From: Geosiphon pyriformis uo1
Taxonomy: Eukaryota; Fungi; Glomeromycota
NCBI GenBank assembly: GCA_016748015.1
Contig: JAAOMT010000494.1
Coordinates: forward strand, 984,190 to 1,048,189
Length of the DNA stretch: 64,000 nucleotides
Reading direction: 5' to 3'
The notes under the pieces are model-generated. The model was not told the DNA's origin, did no database searches, and saw only the letters and a list, made by a program, of their open reading frames with translations. Shown one piece after another: positions 46,901-58,500 of the stretch; the stretch's first letter is position 1; each line of letters opens with the position of its first letter. The translations under genes and the position numbers were made by a program.

Positions 46901-49900
46901 CTAAATAGTCAGTTTTCTAATTATATAAGATTTAAAAAGCAGAAAATCAACTTTAACTTTGATTTAAATACAAGTTTAATATTTAATAACAAAAATAAAA
47001 TACCAAAGACAAAAATATTTAAAAATCTATTTAAATTAAAACTTTTAAGAATTAATTAAAAGTTAAATTTTTATTTAATAATTAAAAATTTTATAAAAAC
47101 TTAAGTTTATATAATATTTAAAAAATTAATAACTTATTAACAATTTGTAAAAGTTATTAATAACCAATAAATACTTTAAATAACAAAATAATTTATAGAT
47201 TTAATTTTAAATAATAGTTTTTTAATTAATATAATAGTTTAATATTTTTTAAAAGTAATTAAAAAAATTAGATAAAAATTTTAAATATTATATAATTAAT
47301 ATTTCAAATCTTATATTAACTCAACAATCTTCTTGTTGACAGTCTTGGCACAACCAAAAACAAAAACAGCCTCCAAATACTATTTTTTGAACACAAAATT
47401 TTTACACAATACAGTATACATAATATTGTCAAAAACATACAAAGAAAATAATTGTAAAATATAAGACAATAACAAATTTAAATCTGATACAGAACTTTAC
47501 TAGACCAGATATAAATCAAATAATTCTTTATAAATATCAAAGTCTATTATGTACTTAAAAAAATGATTAAAAAACTTAATCTTTTTACATTGTAAACATA
47601 ACATACTGGAATATTTTTTATCATATAAATATTTTTAAATAACAACTGACAAACAATAATACAAAGTTTTTATAAAGTATAAGTGCAAACTAATAGTAGA
47701 TCTATTTATAAAGCCAGATATTATATATAAGTTGAGGTGCCAAACTAATTCTAATTCACATCCTAATAATATTTTTACAAATAATACTAGAACCAAATTC
47801 AATTTCTCAACAAACATAATAAACAGTCCTAAATACATTACAAATAAAATGTCAAATGTTCCCAAACACTATTATTCTACTAGCTCTAATGTATTTTTTC
47901 TTGACAAGAACAGAAAATAACAAATTTAAACATGAAACTAAGTTAACTAGCACATTAGTATGCTTATTATCTAAGACATTTAAATGGCTTTTAATTTTGG
48001 TCTAAAAAACAGCAAGCATCTTATATTTAATAGAGTTTGTAACACTATGTTTTTTAAGCCAATAGTGATTACAAAAGTCAGATAAGATCATATCCAATTC
48101 TGTAGTATACATATCCAAAACAGTTTAACTATCTAAATACATTATTATAAGTTGGAGTAACAAGCTAACAGATAGCAAAAGAGAACAAGATTGTAAGGTA
48201 ATAGAAATAATCAAAGAAATTTCAACTTCAAGAAGCAAATTAAATGAGTAAAGATTCAATGTGTAAAATTAGTCTTATAAAATATCTCAGTTGCTGTACT
48301 TTTTAAAAGATAACTGGGAAATCTGAAGGTAGAAAGATAGTCTATACTGTCAATAAATAATTACACACTGGTATAATTCTATGTCTTATATTAGCACTCT
48401 TAGAATTCAATATCAGATATTAAATATACTCTTTAGTCACATTTTATTTAATAATCTTCAAATGCTGCAAATACATGTTTAGGAAAAGGGTAGGTAAATG
48501 CTAACAAGTATTTTTTTATTCTAAGATGTTCAGATACTTGAAGATAAAGAAAAAAAAATTAGTGATAAGAGAAAGATTAAAATAAAGCTGTTATTTTTAT
48601 TTTATTTATATTTTTATTCTTGTATGCTTTTCTATAGCTAAGAGATTTATTGCTTATATAGCTATCAAAAGTAATCAATGATCAAGTCAACGACTAAGTC
48701 AATAATCAGATCAATGATTAAGTTAACAATCAGGTTATTGATCAGGTTAATAATTACTATCTAAAAATAGAGTGGCTAATTATATAATATTAGTAACTAA
48801 TACATATGATAATTAATAAGAAGTATAGGTTTCAACCATAACATTATCCTCTCCAAAGAGATTAAGCTCTGGCAAAATCAAGCTATTCATGAAATAATCT
48901 ATTTAAAAAGTTTTGTTTAATTCAAACAAGTTTATTGAAGTCTTTGGTAGATAAGGTGTATAATATTTGAGGCAAAATGAGTTTTGTATTCAAGAGACCA
49001 AATTTTTGTATTAGAGTTTTGGCTCTTTTAGCAATAGTTAAAACTCTTGGGACATCTAATCATATAATGCCCAAAATTTCTGCTTGTATTTCTAAAATTG
49101 TTTTTTTCATTAGTTTCATGTCCTCTATGATTTCACTAAGATAATCATAAAATTCTAATTGTCTTTCATATGACAAGTTTTTGTCTATGGGTAAGATTTC
49201 TTGAAGTGTTTTTCTAATTGTGCTAGAAGGTAGAAGTATATCTGTTGTTATACTTTCCAATAAATATTTATTCATTTTGTTACCAATTTTTTCTCTTCTG
49301 ATAGTGGTTTTCTTTGGTTTAATAACAATATGTGTTCCACTATTATCAGTTATGGTGGTTTGTTTTCCAATGATCAAAATAGCATTTGGATAGTTTTTGA
49401 TCCAATACTCATAGAGAGTATAGAAAGCATTTTGAATGTTTTGATTCAGAAAATAATTATTCATGTCAATTAAAAATACTTCTGTTTTGAGAATGGTGTA
49501 TTTATTTATATTTGATTTTTGCTAATTTTTTGGGTCGATATTACCACAACAGACAACCAATCAGATCATTTATAATATTTCTTGAGTCATATACCATGAA
49601 CAGAACAATCATTGAAGATTGTTCCAGATTGATTTTGAAGAATATAAAAACCATTGTTCAAAACTTTATTGACTATAAAAGGTCCTTTCTATCAGCTAAA
49701 GAATTTATTATCATAAAAATTGTCTCTGTTTGAAAGGTATTCCAATACCAAGTCACTAATACTTAAAAAAAGTATTTTATAGGTTTTCTTTTTCTTAACT
49801 TTTTCTTGGAACTGTTTTATTTTTTCAAAAGCAATTATTCATGCTTCTACTAAGAAGTCAAGAATAGTACCAAGTCTTCTTTGCAAAATGTTTTTGTAAT

Positions 49901-52194
49901 TTCTTATTGTGATCTCTTTAAAGAGTATTGTTTTAATGTCAATTTTTATTGATAGGATTGTCATATGTCTATAGAGCAAATAAAAAGGTTTATAACTTGT
50001 TATGTCATAATTCGCAGTTCTATAAGCAAACAAGGCTGAAGGTAGTACTTTGTCTCATAAGTTTGTTTCTTTACTGGTTTTGGCTAAGGTTTCACATAAT
50101 GTTTTATTGAAACATTCCACTAAGCCATTTGTTTGAGGGTGGTAAGAAGAAAAAAGTTTATGATATATTCTTATCTTTTTACAAAACTTTTTAACCAATA
50201 TATTGAGAAAAGCTCTTTCTCTATTAAATAAAAGTTTTTTGGGACAGCCATGATTGCAGATAATATCTTCATAAATATAATTGGCTATTGAAACTGCTGT
50301 TTGGTCTGAAGTGGCTCTTGCTTTTACCCACTTTATAAGATAGTCAATAGCTATAATAATATATCTGTTGTTATCAGGAGTTATTATTAAAGATCCAATA
50401 ACATCTATATCAATTCTGTCAAATAGTTGACCAACAGAGATTGGATAAATATCTTATTTGCAATTGGGTTTGCCTCTTCTTTGGCAGATGTTACAGGTTT
50501 TGATGTATTCAGCAATGTCTTTTTTTAAGGTAGGCCAATAATAGTAAGGTAAGATTTTCTGAATTGTTTTTGTTTTTCCAAAGTGTTCAGCTAATAAGTC
50601 AGTGTGTATGTTGTATATTACAATTTCTCTTTCTTTGAATCTGATGACTCTTTGGGGCAGTCAGAATCTTTTCTATTTCTTTTATATAATTGGTTTTGGT
50701 GGATCAAATAGAAATTTGATTGTTTGCACAAATGTTCTCTTTGTTGTCGAGTGTATTCTGGTGGGTATTGTCTTTTACCCAAAAATTCTATTAAGACAGA
50801 GTAGTTGTCTAAGTCTATTATCATGTTTGTTTGTAAAAAAGTTACTAATAATCAAGTTGGTTTGGTTTGAGAGATTGTACTATCACTGGATGGTAAGTTT
50901 AGAGAGAGTGTTGGCATTTTAATGATTTGCTCCTTTATGGTATTGAATATCATAGTCAAATTTATCCAAATAAAATATTCAACGAGTTATTTGTTTGTGT
51001 TTTAGCTTTTTTTTATTGTACAGCCAAACCAAGACTTAATAATCTATTACTACTAGGAATTTTGCACCAAGAAGATATTGCTTCCAGTAACTAGTAGCCT
51101 AAACTACTGCTAAGCATTTTTGTTCAGTTATTGAATAGTTTTTTTCTGCTGGTGTCAGAGATCTATTGGCATATGTTATAGCATATTCTCTGCCATCTTT
51201 ATCTTTTTGTAAAAAAACAATACCAAGTTTATAGCCTGATACATCAGTGTGAAAAATAAAAGATTGGTCCAAATCAAGTTGCTTGAAAATTGGTTTAGTA
51301 ACAAGTTTTTTCTTCAAAATTTCAAAAGCTTCTTGTTAATAAGTGCCCAGTAATAATTGCCATTTTTCCTAAGTAGCTAATTGAGAGGAAAAGTAATTTT
51401 GGAGAAATCCTTAATAAATTTGCAATAATAAGAAGCCAAACCAAAAAAAGAGCATAGTTCAAGAACATTTATTGGTTGTCTAATGTTTTGAATTTTTTCA
51501 ACTTTAGCTGAGTCAGGAAAGATTTTATTTTTTGTAATAAGATAACCAAAGAATTGGGTGGATTGGCATTCAAAGAAAGATTTGATTGGATTGATCTTAA
51601 GATCAGCATTTCTAAGCAAGTCAAAAATCTTCTGCAAATGTTCAAGGTGTTTATCTTAGGTTTTTGAGTAAACCATTATGTCATCTAAATAGACCAGAAC
51701 AAAGTTTTTTTTTACTGATTCAAATACTTTGTTCATTAGGCATTGAAAGGTGAGAGAGGCATTGATGAGACCAAAAAACATGACTGTGAATTTATAGGTG
51801 CTGTTATGAGTAAACTTGGTGAGTATGGGAAATGGTAATGTTTGGTGCTCTCAATTATTGATGATGTGTCTTTTGCATAATTCTGTTGACTTAGTTTTGA
51901 TTATTAGTCTCTGAAGGTCTATTCCTGAATGTGGATTTTACCCGTTGAATTCTTTGGTTATAAGGCACAGAGTTTGTCTTTTATCAATTGCAACATTTTT
52001 TGTAAATGTGAGCTTTCTTCTTCAAGCTAACGAGTGCAGTTGTTAGGGTCTGGCGTTGTCTTTTTGCCCTTCTGGTAAGCTAACAAGATAATGTTAATAT
52101 CCAAAACTTAGGGGGAGCTTCCCTTTTTTACCAGGCTATCACAAAGTCTATTTCCAGACAGTCAATTTTATTATGTTGCTACTCCACAAAAATA

Positions 52195-52250
52195 AAACAG
52201 AAAAAGAAAGAAAAAGAAAAAGAAAAGAAAAGAAAAAAGAGAAAAGATAA
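52195..52250. repeat. (GAAAA)n simple repeat inside LTR-B
   Basis: Also at 55996-56050; decayed to (AAAAT)n at 37690-37735. Confidence 0.85.
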
Positions 52251-52660
52251 ATTAGTATCATCAATTGCCATGATTAAGAGTGATTGGTCCAAATCATTAA
52301 TAGGTTTGAGATGGTTATGCTAAGAGCATCTGTCCTAGAACGGAGGTATGAGACAAGGATTAATTCACATAAATTCCACAAAGTTTGAGAACATAAATTC
52401 ATGATTCTGATTTCTTTAATAATTGGTTTATTTTAGGAGATGAAATAGGGAAGATAATAAAGGATGAAGGGGTATGAATAATTTTAATTCTTGTCTAAAG
52501 GTTCATATCTATCTGTCTGTTTTTTCTCACTTCTACAACTACTTGCTTTTATATATTCTTTTAGTTTTACAGGATTGCTTTCAATTGTTTCGCTATTGCT
52601 AGCTATTGCTTTGTTGTTTCTGTTATTGTTTCATTTTTCTACATTATCACTAATTATCTT

Positions 52661-52835
52661 ATGTTATAACACGTTATCTGACATTATTATATGTTATTTT
52701 GTGTTATCCTGCATTATAATACGTTATCCTATATTATTGCATGCTATTCTGTGTTATCCTGTATTATAATATGTTATCTTATGTTATAATGTGTTATCCA
52801 ACATTATTGCGCATTATTCTGTGTTATGTCATGTT
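52661..52835. repeat. 10-bp-period tandem array in LTR-B U3 (~17 units, core RCGTTAT)
   Basis: atgttataac acgttatctg acattattat atgttatttt gtgttatcct...; repeated at 56464-56640 and, decayed, at 38130-38250. Confidence 0.85.
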
Positions 52836-52899
52836 TTGGTCACATTTCTTCATAACTTTGGATCGGTTTTTCTACTCGGGTAACATTATCCCTCTCTTT

Positions 52900-53400
52900 T
52901 TAAAATTGAGCTTCTGCGAAACCATATGTATCTATTATCATGGCTTTGTTCGTGTAATGTTCGATTGTTGCCTTAAGTATTGTTTTTTGTAGGTCTTTGA
53001 ACTGTTGATTGGTTATTTGTTCTATGTTATTAACTGTTATGGTTTTTATAGATCCATTCAGTAGTATGTTTGGGCAATATTGGAAGGCGGCGTATAGTTG
53101 GTATGTTGCTTTGTAATGTAGGATCAAATTGTTTTTCCCTATGAATTTTTCTACTTGTTGTATTGCTTCTTTGTTGAATGTTTTCTGGCTGAGGTCTTTG
53201 TATAGTGTTTTCAAGTCAAGCTGTTCTCCAATTTTGTAGAACCAATAAGCTGGAGGAAGTCTTTCTTTCTATTCCTGGGCATTGTCAGGTGTCCACTCCT
53301 CTGTTTCGGAGAGTTCAGTCTCATGAGCTAAAGCTTTTTTTATTTCTTCAAGCTCGGGGATCAAGTATCTTCTTTTGTAACTTTTTTTTCATTCTTTGCC
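52900..53400 (-). pseudogene. Family B 3' ORF (ORF3-like, unknown function)
   Basis: The frame of 52900-53214 extends upstream as ..IPELEEIKKALAHETELSETEEWTPDNAQE*KERLPPAYWFYKIGEQLDLKTLY. Confidence 0.6.
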
Positions 53401-53699
53401 TCCTTCTTTTCCACCTCCCATCTGAAGGCAATTTTTCTTTCAACATTGCCTTTTGAGTGATGGATAGGGGAGAGAACATTTAGTTCTAATTGAACTCTTG
53501 TCCTCCCCTCTCTTGCTCTTATCTTTGTACCGTATCTCTTTTTTATTAATTGTTATTTCTATTTGAGATGTTGATTTTTGAATTGTTTCAAATAATTGTT
53601 TAGATAATTTTAAAATTTAATCTGAAAGATCTATGTTGAAATTTTTATCGTTTCTTGCTGCTTTTCGGATGCTATATATATTTGAATTCCCCAATTTAA

Positions 53700-55536
53700 T
53701 TTGCTGCCCATTGTCTACGTTTCGATAACAATAATTGGTTCCAGATCTCGTGGTATATCTTCTGGTCTGATAGTGAGGGATTACTTGTGTTATTGGTGGT
53801 AGTTGATAATAATTCTGGGGTGGTGGTTGAGTATACGGGACTTGTTGTGCATATAGAGGCAGTTGATTCTGAGGTATGGAATATTGGGGTACTATGTTTT
53901 GCTAATATTTGGGTTGCTGGTATAGGTTTCCTTGATTTTGGTTCATGATCTTCCTTCTGCAGTTACGGGTGATGTGTCCAGGTTTCTGGCAGTAGTAACA
54001 GTTGCAGGGATCAAATCTCCAAGATTGTTGCTATTGCTAACAGTTCTGTTGCTGTGGGTATCTGCTGTTGTTGTTATTTTCTTTCCATTGGGGTGGTTGG
54101 TAAGTTCCTGTAGTTCCGGCTAAGAATTCCTCAATTTTCTGAGTTAGTTTCTCACTCAATTGGGTTATTTTTGCGTTGATATCAGAGGTTTTATTAATGG
54201 CTAAATTAACGGCTTGAGTATGGCTCGCTTCTTGTTCTGCAAACTCAAAATTGCAAGTGAGAGTGATGGTGTCTTATAAACTGGTTGGATGGCAGGGTCT
54301 TATGAATCTTAAAATACTACTCTGTAATCCTTTAATGAATTGATTAAGAACTTGCACCGCAGTGTAGTAGTCCCTTTTGATAGCTAATATTTGATGCAGG
54401 ATTTGATTAAATTGTCCGAAATAAGTAGTTACTACTTCATGATCTTTTTGTTTAATTATACTGAATTGATTCTGCAATTGGATTAATGTATTGGGGTCAC
54501 AGAAGTATTGCAGAAATGTGAGTTTAAACTCGGTAAAAGAGATAGGCTTTTCTGCCAGGCTCTGGTACCACGAATTGGCGGTTCCAGTCAGAAAGAACAG
54601 TAGTGTCTAAATTGTGTGATCATCATTCTAATCTTTAACAGTAATTGCTTTCTCAGTGTCCGCAATCCAAGAATATGCATTATTTTTTTCACCAGAGAAT
54701 TTTTCCAATTTAGCAATATCTCAGTAAGCCATAATTCAGTTAATGGGTGGGATGTTACTGGTTATGTTTAAAGGGATTGGTGTCCGCATATTTGAGTGTT
54801 CTCTGGGTGCTAATGCTGGTTGCTTTTCTTTGTTGCTTGAACCAATAGATTGTAAGATAGCTGTTTTTTCTATTAGAGGAGATGCTGATTCTGCTAGATT
54901 TTGTGCTGGTGGCTGTTCCCAAGTTGACGGATTTCTTTCTGTTTGACCGGCTGCTGGGGTAAGATTTCCAAACAGCAATCCGTATTCTCCTAGTGATTTG
55001 GTCCAATTGTGTTGATTCCAAGGATGTGAATTTTCAGGAGTTTGTAGTGTTTCCAACTGGGTTTCCTGGAGTAGGTTGAATACAATTCTACTTTGGGATG
55101 TCTGATAGTATGATGGAGTTGTTGGGAAGAGGATTCTTGGTTTTTTATTGACCATGGACTTGGCTTGGGCAGTTATGGGGTTGTTGGATTTGTTTTCATA
55201 TTCCTCAGAGTCGGATTCTACTGGTTGTTGTACTTGAGGGAATTATTGTGCCACGTAATATTTAATGTCTGTATCAATTATGTGCAGAGTTTCAGCAATT
55301 GCTTGGGTAGTCATGGCTGTTAAATACCCTAGTAAGCTTTGATGGATTTGTTCTCCAAGTTTTCCTGTATCAGTTGTGCAGTCTAATAAGCAGTCAATTT
55401 TTGCATTGATATAGTTACAAAAATTACTTTTTGTATAAGCAGTTTCTGCTGATATTCCTAGGTCTTTTTGAAAGTATTGAAATAGTGCTTTTCCATACAA
55501 AAAGTGGTCCTTTCCTATTGTTCTAATAGTCACCAC
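53700..55536 (-). pseudogene. gag: Family B gag (retrotransposon gag domain + CCHC knuckle)
   Basis: IAKLEKFSGEK..SWI, LTGTANSWYQSL, FKLTFLQYF, VLNQFIKGL, and CYYCQKPGHITRNC near 53955-54000. Boundaries are approximate. Confidence 0.75.
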
Positions 55537-58500
55537 TTTTATGTATTTTTGGGAGTGCTCTGTCTCTGTGGATTTATAACCTCACAAGAAGCACCAAATG
55601 TTATGAGTAAACTTGATGGATATGGGAAATGGTAACGTTTGGTGTTCTCAATTATTGATAATACGTCTTCTGCATAATTCTGTTGACTTAGTCTTGATTA
55701 TCAGTCTCTGAAGATCTATTCCTAGATGTGGATTTTACCTATTGAGTTCTTTAGTTATAAGGCACAGAGTTTGTTTTTCGTCAATTGTAATATTTTTCAT
55801 AAATGTGAGCTTTCTTTTCTGAGCTAACGGACACAGTTGTTAGGATTTGGTGTTGTCTTTTCGTCCTTTTGGTAAGCTAACAAGATAATGTTAATATTCA
55901 AAACTTAGGAGGAGCTTCCCTTTTTTACCAGGCTATCACGAAGTCTATTCCCAGACAGTCAATTTTACTATGTTGCTGCTCCACAAAAATAAGACAGAAA
56001 AAGAAAGAAAAAGAAAAAGAAAAAGAAAAGAAAAGAAAAGAAAGAAAAAATAAATTAGTATCATCAATTGCTGTGATCAAGAGCAATTGGTCCAAATTGT
56101 TAATAAGTTTGAGACAGTTATGCTAAGAGCATCTGTCCTAAAATGGAGGTATGAGACAAGGATTAATTCACATAAATTCTACAAAGTTTGAAAACATGAA
56201 TTTATGATTCTGATTTCTTTAATAATTGGTTTATTTTAGGAGATGAAATAGGAAAGATAATAAAGGATAAAAAGATATGAATAATTTTAATTCTTGTCTA
56301 GAGATTCATATCTATCTGTCTGTTTTTTCTTACTTCTACAACTACTTGCTTTTATACATTCTTTTGGTTTTACAGGATTGCTTTCAATTGTCTCACTATC
56401 ACTAGCTATTGCTTTGTTGTTTCTGTTATTGCTTTGTTTTTCTACATTATCGCTAATTATCCTATGTTATAACACGTTATCTGATGTTATCTAATGTTAT
56501 TCTGTGTTATCCTGCATTATAACACATTATCCTACATTATTGCATGCTATTCTGTGTTATTCTGCGTTATAACATGTTATCCTACGTTATAATGTGTTAT
56601 TCAATGTTATTGCACATTATTCTGTATTATGTTACGTTTTGGTTATGTTTCTTCATAACTTTGAATCGGTTTTTCTACTCGGGTAACAGTGCCATATTTA
56701 GTAATAAAAACAGTTTTTTTTCTGCTTTTTGGATCCATCTCTACTTGCCAGAATTTAGCAGTTAAGTCAATGGTTGAGAAGAAAACAGCACCATTGAATT
56801 TATCTAGCATTGCATCAATTTTGAAGAATGAGTATATGTCTCTTATAGTGATAACATTTAATTAACAGTAATCAACACAAAAACATAGAGTTTCATCTTT
56901 TTTGGATATCACTACAACTGAAAAAGCCCATTCATTCTTGGTTTTTTGTATGAATCCAAGATCTTTTATCTGGTTTATCTCTTTCTTGATAAACTTATTA
57001 TTGCATTGATTGGATTGATAAGGCTTTAAATGGATAGGATAATTTTTTTTTGTGGTAATAGTATGTTGTATTACATGAGTTTATCTAGGAGTATTACCTT
57101 CTTTTGAGATAATTGGACTATTTCTAGCCAACAGATTTTCAATGTCCATTTTTCTTTCTTCAGGAAAAAGTTTTTTTTGTTCTACAACTAGTGATTGGAT
57201 TTTAGGTGGTTTATTCTCAAAAAACTTTTGTACTTTTTTTAGTTCTTTTCTGAGTATCAAACTAATTGGCTCCCAATCTTTGTAATAGATTAGACAGAAC
57301 TTGTATTTATAACTAGGGAAATACAAAGATTTATTGCACCAGCACCTGGCACAAAGGCCATGCCACCAATAACTGTATTTTGCTTTCTTGCCAGGTTTTT
57401 TATCGAAGGTTTTTCTGAGAATATCATAGTAGGGCCAGCAGATCAGCTTGCCATTTATTATGATTCCTTCTTTGTTAGCTTTAACATTGTCCAGTGGTTT
57501 GTCATTACTAATAAAAATAGTATAAGCAAGTTCAGCAGTTTTTTCTTATTTTTTTTGATCTTTTTCTTTATTACTCTCATTATCATCTGATTCTTCTGAT
57601 TGTTCTTTTTCTTGTTTTTGTTTGGGTACTGAAGGAGTTGTCTAATAGCAGCATTTAACCATGATGAGTTTCTTACCACATCTGATGGTCAGTTCACAGA
57701 GTTTATAATCAAGCAAGACTTTTGCTTTCTTAAGCCATTTATTGCCAACTATTATAGTGTATTCTTTTGCTTCAGATACTTCCATGTCAGATTCAATGCT
57801 GATGCCATTAATTCAGACAAAAACAGCTTTGGCTATGCCCAGATCTTTCTTCTTGTTACCATGTATATTGGTCATTAATCTTGTGAACAGTTTATTAATC
57901 TTTCTGTCAATTGCTTCTAAGAAGTATTTGGCAATGATGCTAACAGATAATTTACTGTTTAGGATCAAATCAATGAAATAATCAGCCACTTGGGCTTTAC
58001 AAATGAGAGAAATAACATTGTTGTTGTCAGCAAGTCCAGCTTGGCATAGGTATTTGTTGGTCTTTGGTATTTTTTTCTTAGGAATCAAAAATTTGCAAAG
58101 GTCTTTTCTAAATTAGAAATGAGTTATTAACTGGCCAAAGATAATATGAGCAGGCATTTCCATGAGATTCTTGACAACAGAATAGAGTCCAAATTTTTGT
58201 ACAATTTTTGAGGGTTTCAACTTTGAAAGATTTTTAAAAACTTTAGTCTTTAGTGGCTTATTGTTATTAATAGTTGATGTGGAGGCTTTTTTTGGATCTA
58301 TAATGAAATCAACCTTGGCTTTTTTCTTCTTTCTTATTGATTCAGAAGTGTTGATTGTTAGTTCATCTATGTCATAGTTATCATCAGTTAGGTTAAAAGC
58401 ATAAAAAGTGTTTTTTTCTGGTTGGCTTGCACTCTTACTCTTTGAAAGTGCACTTACTAGTTTAAAGGCTAATAAACAGTGGCTTCAACTAAGGAATTCT

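Larger units (their letters stand above)
51802..56688 (-). mobile_element. Non-autonomous LTR element family B (gag + 3' ORF, no pol)
   Basis: LTRs 51802-52885 and 55599-56688, TSD GTGC on both sides, PBS 55578-55596, PPT (AAAAAGAGAGGGATAA) 52886-52901. The 2.7-kb interior has no PR/RT/IN motifs. Confidence 0.9.

Noticed and set aside
52661-52835. CRISPR-like or telomeric interpretation of the periodic arrays
   Set aside because: 10-12 bp units with no unique spacers, embedded in LTR U3 regions; no cas genes; eukaryotic context.
52491-52992. Hydrophobic 'membrane protein' ORFs (also 56294-56765, 38080-38274)
   Set aside because: Translations of T-rich LTR-B tandem repeats, not genes.
53315-53324. 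Third TCAGTCTCAT match inside family B ORF3
   Set aside because: Single 10-nt occurrence within coding sequence (AHETE) with no second copy to test; may be chance.
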